Shown: positions 1 to 12,281 of the stretch, piece after piece | How the letters are laid out: each line of letters begins with the position of its first letter | How positions within the stretch are numbered: position 1 is the first letter of the stretch | Translations under genes and position numbers: made by a program | Assembly (NCBI RefSeq): GCF_018350175.1 | Contig: NC_058368.1 | Coordinates: 83,826,001-83,890,000 of the forward strand | From: Felis catus | Lineage: Eukaryota | Reading direction: 5' to 3' | Length of the DNA stretch: 64,000 bases | Notes under the pieces: model-generated | The model's input: only the letters and a program-made list of their open reading frames with translations | Database searches by the model: none | Told to the model about the DNA's origin: nothing

Positions 1-1651
1 TCTGTCCATTGCTGTAAGTGGGGTGTTGAAGTCCCTACTATTATGGTATTACTATCGATGAGTTTCTTTATGTTTGTGATTAATTGATTTACATATTTGG
101 GTGCTATCACATTTGGCACATAAATGTTTACAATTGTTAGGTCTTCTTGGTCTATAGACCCCTTGATTATGATATAATGCCCTTCTTCATCTCTTGATAT
201 AGTCTTTATTTTAAAGTCTAGGTTGTCTGATATAAGTATGGCTACTCCAGCTTTCTTTTGTTGACCATTAGCATGATAGATGGCTCTCCATCCCCTTATT
301 TTCAATCTGTAGGTATCTTTAGGTCTAAAGTGGGTCTCTTATAAACAGCATATAGATGAATCTTTTTTTCTTATCCATTCTGTTACCCTATGTCTTTTGA
401 TTGCAGCAATGAGTCCATTGACGTTTAGAGTGAGTATTGAAAGATATGAATTTATTGTCATTATGATGCTTGTAGAGTTGGAGTTTCTGGTGGTGTTCTC
501 TGGTCCTTTCTAATTTTGCTGCTTTTGGTGTATATATATATATATATTTTTTTTTTCACCTTTTCTCCCCTCAGAGAATCCTCCTTTAAGTTTCTTGCAG
601 GGCTGGTTTAGTGGTCACAAACTCCTTTAAATTTTGTTTGTCTGGGGAACTTTTAATCTCTCCTTCTATTTTAAGTGACAGCCTTCCTGGATAAAGAATT
701 CTTGGATGCATATTTTTCTGATTCAGCACATTGAATATATCCTGCCACTCCTTTCTGGCCTGACAAGTTTCTGTGGATAGGTCTGCTGCAAACCAGATTT
801 ATCTTCCCTTTTTCATTAAGGATGTTTTTTTCCCTTGTTGCTTTCATGATTCTTTCCTTAACTGAATATTTTCTAAAATTAACTATGATATGCCTTGTTG
901 ACTGTTGGGTTTTGTTGAATGTAATGGAAGTCCTCTGTGTTTCCTGGATTTTGATGTCTGTGTCTATCCCCAGGTTAGGAAAGTTTTCCACTATGATTTG
1001 CTCACATAACCCTTCTACCCCTATTTCTGTCTCTTCCTCCTCTGGGACCCCTATGATTCTGAGGTTGTTCCTTTTTAATGAGTCACTGATTTCTCTAATT
1101 CTTAAATCATGCTCTTTTCCCTTAATCTCCCTCTTTTTTTCTGCCTTATTATTCTCTATAAGTTTGTCCTAGATATTGCTGATTCTCTGTTTTGCTGATT
1201 CTCTGTTCATTCATCTTTGCCACCGCTGCATCCATCCATGATTGCAGCTCAGTTATAGCATTTTTAATTTCATTCTGGCTATTTTTTACTTCTTTTGTCT
1301 CTGCAGAAAGGGATTCTAATGTATTTTTGACTCCAGCTAGTATTCTTATTATCGTGATTCTAAATTCTGGTTCAGACATCTTGCTTGTATCTGTGTTGGT
1401 TAAATCCCTGGATGTCGTTTCTTTGTGCTCTTTCTTTTGGGGTGAATTCCTTTTGGAGCTTCTTGCTCCCCAAATTCAGCTCTTCATGTCTCATACCTGC
1501 TGAATTCTGTGGTTCAGGTTGTGCAGATTGTTGTGTTAATCTTCCAATCAGTTTTCTAGGTGTGTAGGATGACTTAGTGTTTGTCTGGCTCTACTACATG
1601 GACATGAGACACACAAAAAGCTTCCATGCTGTTCTGCCATCTTGGCTCCTT
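1..1651 (-). mobile_element. L1 (carnivore) 5' portion: 5' terminus, decayed ORF1, start of ORF2 endonuclease; runs off the window
   Basis: Minus ORFs 1149..1379 (MSEPEFRITIIRILAG) and 671..991 (ENFPNLGIDTDIKIQE) are L1 ORF1-like. Bases 1-450 are the reverse complement of endonuclease-domain sequence. The minus strand at ~1650 reads GGAGCCAAGATGGC, a typical L1 5' end. Confidence 0.9.
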
Positions 1652-2683
1652 CAGCAGGCAAACAATCTTGAGGCCACAGTGTGGAAACAACAATTTGAAA
1701 AAAGCCTGGTCCACACAAGGAGCAGATTATTCATTCATCTCCGAGTGCTTACCTGAGAGCAATGGGCACAGAGACCCCTCTCTGGAGACAAGCTGGCTAA
1801 ATACATTTTCCTCCACCAACCTTCAGTATAAACACAGAAGTAAACAGCAAAGCTGCATAACCTGCTTACACCAAATTCGACATGTCTGTGCTGTCACCAC
1901 TGCCCTTCTAAGTCAAGTTTGCCTCAGTCCCAGAGCAATGGGTCTTTTACCCTGAGAACCAGCACTCTCCAGTGTTGAAATTCCTGCCAACACCACAGCT
2001 CCCAACCAAAGAATTCTTCAAAAATAAACTATCAAGTTTTCATCAAAATAAAAACATCTGCACAGTGAAGGAAATAATCGGCAAAATTAAAAGGCAATCT
2101 ATGGAATTGGAGAATATATTTGCAAATGACATATCAGATAAAGGGTTAGTGTCTAAAATTATAAAGAACTTATAAAACTCAACACCAAAGCAAACAAACA
2201 ACAACCCAATTAAAAAATGGGCAGAAGATATGAATAGACATTTTTCCAAAGAAGACAACCAGGTGGAAAATAGGCATATGAAAAGACACTCAAAAGCACT
2301 TATAATCAGGGAACTATAAATCAAAACTCCAATACCAGTCAGAATGGCTAAAGTTAAAAACGCAGGAAACATCAGGCTTTAGAAAGGATTTGGAGAAAGG
2401 AATCTTGGACTGTTTGGAAGGCAAACTGACATAGCTACTCTGGAAAAGAGTATGAAGTTTCTTTAAAATGTTAAAAGAGAACTATCCTATAACCCAGTGA
2501 TTGCAGTACTAGTTATTTACCCAAAGGATACAAAAATACTGACTTGAAGGCATATATGCACCCCCATTGTTCATAGCTGCATTATCAACAATAGTCAAAT
2601 TATGGAAATGGAAAGAGCCTAAGTGTCCGTTGACTGATGAATGGATAAATAAGAAGTGATTATATGTGTACACACACACACAT

Positions 2684-2721
<38 letters not shown>

Positions 2722-3103
2722 AATGGAATATTACTCAGCCATAGAAAAGAATGAAATCTTGCTATTTGCAACAATGTGAATGAAGCTAGAGAGTATTATG
2801 CTAAGTGAAATAAGTTAGAGAAAAACAAATACCATATAATTTCACTCATATGTGGAATTTAAGAAACAAACAGACTAACGTAAGGGGAAAAAAAGAGAGA
2901 GGCAAACCAAAAAACAGACTCTTAAATATAGAGAACAAACATGACTAGACGAGACAAGGAAGGTGGAGAGACAGGTTGAATAGATGATTGGGGTTAAGGA
3001 AGGCACTTGTGATGGGCACTGAGTATTGTATGCAAGTGTTGAATCACTAAACTCTACACCTGAAACTTATGTTACATAGTTAACTGAAATTTAAATTAAA
3101 AAC
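1652..3103 (+). mobile_element. L1 fragment: 5'UTR-like piece followed by ORF2 C-terminus and 3'UTR
   Basis: ORF 1972..2175 contains [17 protein letters not shown] (ORF2 C-terminal motif). The 3'UTR ends in TTAACTGAAATTTAAATTAAAA at ~3100. The 5'UTR assignment of 1652-1970 is weaker. Confidence 0.8.
2667..2719. repeat. (CA)n microsatellite within L1
   Basis: Direct reading; one interruption. Confidence 0.95.
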
Positions 3104-6100
3104 GATTTTTTTTTCTTTTGGGTTCTTGGATTCTTGAAATTTTAAACGTTTTTGTTAAATTTTCAGTTAGTTTACATACAGTGTAATATTGATTTCAGGT
3201 GTACAATATACCAATTCGACACTTCCATATGACACCCGGTGCTGATCACAAACAGTGAACTCCTTAATCCCCATGTTTTTCACCCTAAATCTCCTCTGGT
3301 AACCATAAGTTTGTTCTATATATTTAGAACATATATAGGGTATGTTTCATGGATTTTGCCCCTCTCACTCTTTTTTTCCCCCCTTTGCTCTTTGGTTTTG
3401 TTTCTTAATTTCCACGTAGGAGTAAAATCATATGGTATTTTTCTTTAACTTATTTCGTTTAGCATAACACTCTCTAGCTCTATCCATGATATTGCAAATG
3501 GCAAGATTTCATTCTTTTTTATTGCTGAATAATATTCTATTTTATATGTAAATATGCTACATATTCTTTATCCATGCATCAGTCAATGGACAATTGGGTT
3601 GTTTCCATAATTTAGCTATTATACATTGGGGCGAATGTGTTCCTTTGAATTATTATTTTTGTATCTTTTGGATAAATACCTGGTAGCTCAATTCAGGATT
3701 ATAGGGCAGTTCCATTTTGAACTTTTTAAGGAACCTCCATGCTGTTTTTGAGAGTGGTTACACCAGTTTGCATTTCCGCCAACAGTGCGAGAGAATGCCT
3801 CTTTATCCATATCCTTGCCAACATGCATTGCTTCCTGTGTTATTGATTTTAGCCATTCTGACAGGGCTGAGGTGATATTTCATTGTTGTTTTGTTTTGTA
3901 TTTCCCTGATAAGTGATGTTGAACATCGTTTCATGTGTCTGTTGGAAAAATGTCTATGCATGTCTTCTGCCCATTTTTTAATTGGACTATTTTTTTAAGT
4001 GTCAAGTTTTATAAGTTCTTTATATATTTTGGGTACTAACCCTTTATCAGATATGTCATTTGCAAATATCTTCTCTCATTCCATAGGTTGTCTTTAGTTT
4101 TGTTATTTCCTCTACTGTGCATAAGATTTTTATTTTGATGAAGTCCTAATAGTGTATTTGTGCTTTTGTTTCCTTATCTCAGGAGCCACATCTAGAAAGA
4201 AGTTGCTATGGCTACAAAGAGATTACTGCTTGTGTTCTCCTCTAGTACTTTTATGATTTGGGGTTTCACATTTAGGTCTTCTAAGCTTTATGTTTTGTTT
4301 TTGTTTTTGTTTTTTGTATGTATATATGGTGCAAGAAAGTGGTAACAGTTTTGTCCTTTTGCATGTTGCTACCCATTTTACCCAACACTGTTTCTTGAAG
4401 AGATTTATTCCCATTGTATATTCCTTCCTTCTTTTTCAAAAATTAATTGTCGATATAGTTGTGGGTTCATTTTTGAGTTTTCTATTCTGTTCCATTGATC
4501 TATGTGCCTATTTTTGTGCCAGTACTGTAATGTTTTGATCACTACAGATTTTAATGTAACTTGAAGTCCAGAATTGTGATGCCTCCAGCTTTGCTTTCCT
4601 TTTTCAAGATTTCTTTGCCTTTAGGTGTCTTTTCTGGTTCAATACAAATTTTAGGAATGTTTGTTCTAGCTCTGAAAAATTTTGTTGGTATTGTGATTTG
4701 GTTGCATTTGGTGTGTAGATTCCTTTGGGTAGTATAGACATTTTTAAACTATTCTTCCAGTCCATGAGAATGAAATGTTTTTCCATCTTTGCGTCCTCTT
4801 TAATTTCTTTCATTAGTGTTTTATAGTTCTTCAGTTTTATAGTTTTTCAGAATACAGATCTTTCACCTCTTTGGTTAGGTATATTCCATGATATCTTATT
4901 GTTTTTGTTGCAATTGCAAATGGTATTCATTCCTCAACTTCTCTTTCTGCTGTTTCATTGTTGGTGTATATAAACGCAACAAATTTCTTTATGTTGATTT
5001 TGAATCATGCAAATTAAAATAATTCATTTATCAGTTCCAGCAATATTTTGGTGGGTTTTTTGGGGTTCTCTATATAAAGTATCAAGTCATCTGCAAATAG
5101 TGAAATTTGACTTCTTCCTTGCCAATTTGGATGCATTTATTTTTTTCTTTGTGTTGTCATGACTTTAAGTTCTAAGTCAAATGACAGTGATGAAAGTGGA
5201 CATCTCTGTCTTACCCTTAGAGGAAAAGCTCTCATTTTCTTTCTGTTTGAGGATGATATTAACTCTGGGTTTTTCATATATGGTCTTTATTATGTTGAAG
5301 TATGTTCCTTCAAAACATACTTTGTTGAGGGTTTTCTCATGAATGGATATTGTACTTTGTCAAATGTTTCTGTAGCTATTGCAAGGATCAAATGGTTCTT
5401 ATCCTCTTTTTTTAATGTTGTGTATCACATTGATTTGTGAATATTGAACCACACTTGCAACCCAGGAACAAATCCTACTTAATCGTGGTGAATGATTTTT
5501 GTAATATATTGTTGGATTCTGTTTGTTGGTATTTTATTGAGATTTTTCCACCCTATTTCATTAAGAATATTTGCCTACAGTTCTCTTTTATAGTGGAGTC
5601 TTTATCTAGTTTTGGAATAAGGGTAATGTTGGCTTCAAATAATGAATTTGGAAGTTATTGTTCCTTTTCTGCTTTTTGGAATAGTTTGAGAAGAATATGT
5701 ATTAACTCTTCCAAGATGTTTGGTAGAATTCATTTGTGAAGTCATCTGTCCCTCATTTTTTGTGCTTTGGTTTTGATTTACTGGTTCAATTTCTTTTTGG
5801 TTATCAGTTTGTTCAAGTTTTCCATATCTTCTTCTTTCCAATTTGGTAACTTATATGTTTCTAGGAATTTGTCTATATCTTCCAGATTCTACAATTTGTT
5901 GGCATAAAATTTTTCATAATATTCTCATATTTGTTTGTGTTTCTGTGATGTTGGTTGTTATTTCTCCTCTCTCATTTGTGATTTTATTTATTTGGGTCAT
6001 TTCTCTTTTGTTTTTGATAAATCTGGCTAGAGGTTTATCAATTGTATATTTTTTTCAAGAAACCAGCTCTCGGTTCCCTTGTGCTGTTTTTTGTTTGTTT

Positions 6101-9100
6101 GTTTGTTTTTAGTTTCAAAATCATTTATTTCTGCTCTTACCTCTATTGTTTCCCTTCTTCTGTTTTTGGGGTTTTATTAGTTCTTTTTTTCTATCTCTTT
6201 TAGGTACAAGTTTAGGTTGTTTATCTGACATATCTCTTGCTTCCTCAAGTAGGCCTGTATTGCTATATACTTCCTTCTTGCAACAGCTTTTTCTGCATAC
6301 TACAGATTTGGACCATTATGTTTTTATTTTCAATTGTTCCCATTAATTTTTAAGTTTCTTCTTTAATTTCCTGATTGACCCATTCATTCTTTAGTAGCAT
6401 GTTCTTTAACTTCAATGTATTTGTAGTTTTTCCAAATTTTTTCTTGTGGTTGACTTCAAGTTTCATAGTGTTGTGGTCAGAAAATACGCATGGTGTGATC
6501 TCAATCTTTTTGTATTTATTGAGGTCTGATCTGTGACCTAATATATGATCTATTCTGGAGAATGTTCCATATGCTATTGCAAAGAATGTGTATCCACATT
6601 AATGTATTCCATTAAGGAATATTATGTTTCCATTAAGGTGGAATATTTTGAATGTTAAGTCCATCTGATCCAGGGTGTCATTCTAAACTATTATTTTCTT
6701 GTTGATTTTCTTTTAAATGATCTGTCCAGTGCTGTAAATGGGGTGTTAAAATCCTCTACTGTTACTGTGTTACTATCAGTGAATTCATTTACATTTGTTA
6801 TTGTTTTATATATTTGGGTGCATTCATGTTGGGTACATTAATATTTACAATAGTTATATCTTCTTGTTGGATTGCCCCTTTTGTTATTATATGGGTTCCT
6901 TGTTTTCCTTTTGTCACAATTTGTTTTAAAGTCTATTTTGTCTGACATATTACTACCCTCACCTTCTTTTGACATCCATTTGCATGAAAAATATTCCTTC
7001 TTCCCCTCACTTTGAATCTGTACGTTTATATCTGAAATGAGTGTCTTATAGGAAACATATAGATGGGTCTTATTTTTTTATCCATTCTGTTACTCTATGC
7101 CTTTTGATTAGAGTGTGTAGTGCTTTTGCATTCTAAGTAATTATTTATAGGTATGTATCTTTTGCTATTTCCTTACCTGTTTTGTGGTTGTTTTATCATT
7201 CTTGATTTTTCATACTTTTGCTGTCTTCTCTCAAGGTTTGCTGGGTTTCTTTGTGATATGATTGGATTATTTTATCTTTATTCTTTGTATATCTATGACT
7301 CGTTTTGATTTTTTGTATATCATCAGGTTTGTATATAACATCTTCTGTATATTACAGTCTATATTAAATTGATGATTGCTTGAATTTGAACACATTCTTT
7401 ACTTCTCTCCTCCCTTTTAAGTATATGGTATCATACTTTATATACTTTTATTTTGTAAGTCTTTTGAATGATTTTTACGCATATATTTTACTGCTTTAGT
7501 GCTTCCTACTTTTCTTGCTTTTATTTATGGTCTTTCCTTTCCACTCAGAGTCCCTTTTAACATTTCTTTTAGGCTTATTTAGTGGTCACAAACTCCTTTA
7601 GTTGTTTTTGTTTGTTTGTTTGTTTGGTTGTTGTTGTTCTTCTTATTCTTCTTTTTCTCTCCTTATAGTCTGAATGATAGCCTTGCTGGATGGAGTATCC
7701 TTGGCTGCAGACTTTTCCCCTTCAGCACTTTGAATATATCATGACACTCCCTTCTGGTATGCAAAGGTTTTGCTAAAAAATTCACTGATGCCCTTATGGG
7801 ATCTTCTGTGCATATAGCTATCTTTATTTTGCTTGCTGCTTTTAAAATTCTCTCTTTAACACTTCTGCTTCCTATTTTAATTACTATGTGTCTTAGAGTG
7901 GACATTCTTGGGTTGATTTTGTTGGAGAAATCTCAGTACCTCCTGGATATGGTTATCTGTTTCTTCCCCCAGATTAAAACTGTTATTTCTTCAAATAAAT
8001 TTTCTTACCCCTTTTATATCTCTTCCTTTACTGGGATCCTAATAATACAAATGGTATTATCCTTGATGAAGTCATTGAGTTATCTAAGTCTATTCTCATT
8101 TTGCAGACTTTTTTTCCCTCTCATCTGCCTAGCGTTGCTTTCCACTATTATAACCTTAGGTCACTAATGCACTCCTTTGGTTCCTCAAACCTGCTATTTA
8201 TTCCATCTAGTATATTTTTAATTTCATTTATTATGTTTATTTCTGATTGGTTCTTTTTTATCTCTTTGTTAAGAGCCTCAGTAATCTCCATTCTTTTCTC
8301 AAGTCCAGTGAGTATATTTATGATTATTATTTTAAATTATCTATCAGGCATGTTACTAATCTCTTTCATATTGGTCTCTTACTTATTTTTTTCCCTGTTC
8401 TTTCATTTGAAACTGATTCCTGTGTCTCCTTATTTTATCTAACCCTCTAGTTGTTTCTCTGAGTTAGGAAATTCAGCTACTTTTTCTGCTCTTGAAAGTA
8501 ATTCCTTATGAAAAAGGGGTCCTGTAGTGCTCTTCTGGGTAGTGCTCCAAGTTCACCAGAATCTGATGCTTCAGGGGTATCTGCTATGTGTGTATGTTGT
8601 GTGTATTCTAGTATTGTATTTTGGCCAGTTTTTCCATCTGCCCAGTCATCTGCAGTGGCTCTTCTTGCTTGTTATGGGCAGTGTTTGGTCCTTGTGTTGT
8701 TAGTGGACCTGTCTGGGGCCACTTTGTGCTTGAGTGAATTAGACCAGGCATGTGTCAAAGATGTAGTAGCACTCTACTGCAAGGTACTTTCCCTGTGTTG
8801 TCTCCTGAGAAGTTTTCATTGGTGGTCAGGGCCTGCAATTAGACCCAATGTCAGCCCCCCATTGCAATAAGGGGGGTGGTTATCTTCCCCTCATCCCAGA
8901 GCAGGAGTAACTTTAAAGTGGTGTTGTCCTCTGTCAAGCTTTCTTGTACACTGCAAGGTTTGTGGCCCCTGTTTGAATGGTCTCCAGCCAAAAGCATAAT
9001 GTTGGGGACTTGCCTCTATAGCTGGGACAGGCCAGCCAGGGTTGGGTGTCCAGTTTAACAAGTTGCAGCTGGGCTGCTTGTGAAATGAACTACTGTGTCC

Positions 9101-9153
9101 TTGAGGAGACCAGGGGCAGATCTGCAAAGCATACATTGGTGAGATATGCATTT

Positions 9154-9402
9154 AATTTTTTAAATGTGTATTTAACATGTTTATTTATAAATAAATGCTT
9201 ATTTATTTATTATTTATTTTGAGAGACAGAGTGTGAGCAGAGGGGGGAGGGGCAGAAAGAAAGGGAGACGCAGAACTGGAAGTGGGCTCCAGGCTCTGCG
9301 CTGTAAGTACTGAGCCCAATATAGGGCTCAAACTCAGGAACCGTGAGATCATGACCTGAGCTGAAGTCAGACGTTAAGCACCCCCCCCCCATCAGGCTCT
9401 CC
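9154..9402 (-). mobile_element. Can-SINE
   Basis: SINE body, (CT)n tract and A-tail on minus; TSD GTGAGATRTGCATTT at 9139-9153 and 9403-9417. Confidence 0.92.
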
Positions 9403-9936
9403 GTGAGATGTGCATTTTAACAAGACATATTTCTCTTTTGTGGGTCACACTGCCATTGCTGCTGGGACTGAGGCGCTGCAAAGCATGCAGGTCCAGAGCC
9501 ATGGTGTTAATGTTTACACTGGCCTTCCAAGAGATGGTAGTGGCAGCACTGGGACTGAGGTATAGTTGACTAGAAAGGGCTTATCTGATGAAGCCTGGGG
9601 TTCTGGGGCTTGGTGTAAGTGAGTTAGGTAGTGAATGTCAGCCCTGTGCTGGTTTCCACAGGTGTCCTTGTGCTTGTTCTGGGGATCAAGGGAAGGAGAT
9701 AATGCCAGTTAGCTCCTTTGTTCCTGAAAAAGACACTCAGGAACCCTTCTTCTCCAGACATGCCCTGAGATTAGTAAATAAATCTCCCTCACTCCCTATG
9801 TGTTTTTCAAACTGCCTCTTCTATACTATATCTGCATGGCTGTTTCTTGTGTTATCTCTTTAAGGGCAGGGAATCAGCTTTCTATTGCCCTCAACTCTCT
9901 CAGAGCAGATCCAACTTATTTTTAAAATGTCAAGAT

Positions 9937-10155
9937 GGGGCGCCTGGGTGGCGCAGTTGGTTAAGCGTCCGACTTCAGCCAGGTCAGGATCTCACGGTCT
10001 GTGAGTTCGAGCCCCGTGTCGGGCTCTGGGCTGATGGCTCAGAGCCTGGAGCCCGTTACAGATTCTGTGTCTCCCTCTCTCTCTGCCCCTCCCCCGTTAA
10101 TGCTCTGTCTCTCTCTGTCCCAAAAATAAATAAACGTTGAAAAAAAATTTTTTTT
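9937..10155 (+). mobile_element. Young felid Can-SINE (SINEC_Fc-type)
   Basis: GGGGCGCCTGGGTGGCGCAG head, B-box GTTCGAGCCC, (CT)n, AATAAA tail; TSD AAATGTCAAGAT at 9925-9936 and 10156-10167. Confidence 0.96.
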
Positions 10156-10715
10156 AAATGTCAAGATGCAGGTTATAAAAACTCATGAAATTTGGCCCCA
10201 CTGGTTTACAAAGACAAATGTTATGGGGATTTGCCTTCCCCATGTAGATTTTCTGGTGTGAGGGTCTGCTTCTCCCTTGTTTGTTTCCATGGTTCCCTCC
10301 CTCCCACATATGGAACGTGGTTGCTTTAGGTCCCTACCACCTCTTAACCTTTCCAAACCCCTTTAATGTGGCTTCTTCTCTACTTTTAGTTAAGGAGTTT
10401 GTTTTGCCAATCTTTGCATTGCTTTCTAGGTTATTTACACTGATGAGTTACCTAGTGGAAAAAGGTGAGCTTGGTGTCCTCCTACCCTGCTATCTTCCCA
10501 GCCTCTCCAGGGATACTTGATATTTAAGAGATATTCACTTATGTCTTAACTAAAATGAGTTCTGTATGAATTTAATAATATTCAGAAAATAATAATTGAA
10601 CTGTGTAACAGAAATGCCAGAAGGGGCAGACACTGATATTAGAAGTTACAAAAGCAATGAAAAATAATAAATAAAAATTGTCTTTGTTTGCTATATTGTT
10701 TAAAATTCCGATTAT

Positions 10716-10910
10716 GGAGTGCCTGGGTGACTCAGTCAGTTAAGCATCCAACTTCAGGTCAGGTCATGATTTCACAGTTTGTGAGTTCAAGCCCTACATC
10801 AAGGTCTCTGCATTCAACACAGAGCATGCTTTGAATCCTCTCCCTCTCTCCCTATTCCTCACTCTACTCATGCTCTCTGTTTCAAAAATAAACATTAAAA
10901 AATAAAATAA
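10716..10910 (+). mobile_element. Older Can-SINE
   Basis: GGAGTGCCTGGGTGACTCAG head, CT-rich tract, AATAAA tail. Confidence 0.9.
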
Positions 10911-12281
10911 AATTCACTACTTATTAATGATCTGACTTATCCCTTTAATGAATATATTATTTGTTTCACAGAAAGTAGTAAGTATGGTTCTGTCTGTAAT
11001 TTCCATTCAGATCCCAATCCCATTTAAAAAAATAAAATAAAATAAAGCAAAAGTTTGCAGGAAAATGAGAACATAACAAGAAGGAAAGAAAAAAGGTACA
11101 TATTAAAAAAAATAATGCAGTCAGGCACAAGGTTCATAGGAATTATATGCAAGTATATAACAGATAATTCTAAAGAGTCCAGATAATTTGTGTCTGAACT
11201 TTCCAAGGCAAATAATATGACCCTCTTAGCCTCAGTCATTTTATCTCTAGAAAACAGTTATTTATCACTGTAATATTCATATTTGAAAGAAATTGAGGGA
11301 CTGAATGACAATCATAACTCTAAAAATCATAAAATTGTATAAAATATTTTCATAAGGAGAGCAAAATTTGGAAAATCTGTTACTGATCATAGGCTAATAT
11401 ATGTAAAGATTATGGTGTAGTTTTCTGGAAGAATTTTTTATAGGTTTAAATCCCAGAACTGCTGTTTATAAGCGGAAAGAATGTGAGTTTTTATAAATCT
11501 ACCTAAGTTTGTACTTTGAGTTGCTAATTGATGATGTTATGAGAAACAAATGAATAAAAAATCTAAAAGTGAGGAGTAATGTATTAAGTAATTGATAAGT
11601 GTGAAATTATTCAAGTCTATATTTTCAAACCCATAAGAATTTAAGACGTGAATATTATTATTTTTACCTTGTTATGACACTTGGGGTATGAGTCACGATA
11701 AAATCAATAAGTTATTCAAAAAGCAGAGAAAGGGAGAAAAGGGCAAAGCAAATTATTACCTCATATCATTCTGATCAATAATTCAACTAGCCATAGTCTC
11801 TGCCTGGTGTAATTCTTGTATTTTACTTATTTTTTACAGGAACTATAAATATTTTAACCAAACTATGAATGCCAGAATTGTCAAAAAAATTAAATTTTAC
11901 TTGAACTTTATTATATATTGCTCTAAATATCTAATAGATTGATTTGGAGAAATAAGGAAGACATTTAAATATTTATAACAATAATTAGACCAATTGAGAA
12001 AAATGTTAACAACAAAAAATAAAAAAAAACTTTCATTAAATGTTCTTATTTTTTTTCCAATATATGAAGATTATTGTCAAATTGGTTTCCATACAACACC
12101 CACTGCTCATCCCAAAAAGTGCCCTCCTCAATACCCATCACCCACCCTCCCCTCCTTCCCACCCCCCCATCAACTCTCAGTTTGTTCTCAGTTTTTAAGA
12201 GTCTCTTATGCTTTGGCTTTTTTCCACTCTAACCTCTTTTTTTTTTTCCTTCCCCTCCCCCATGGGTTTTTGTTAAGTTTC

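Larger units (their letters stand above)
3145..10510 (-). mobile_element. Old near full-length L1 (3'UTR, decayed ORF2, ORF1, long 5'UTR) carrying two SINEs
   Basis: Collinear ORF2 remnants (4604..4813, 5635..5841) and ORF1 remnant 7663..7905 (RHIVIKIGSRSVKERILKAAS). The GC-richer 5'UTR spans ~8500-10510 and ends on the minus strand at GGGAAGATAGC. Confidence 0.85.

Noticed and set aside
9847..10140. Recurrent short ORFs (GAPGWRS..EFEPRVGL..; MAQSVK..SAQVMIS) seen at many positions
   Set aside because: Translations of Can-SINE bodies, not a gene family.
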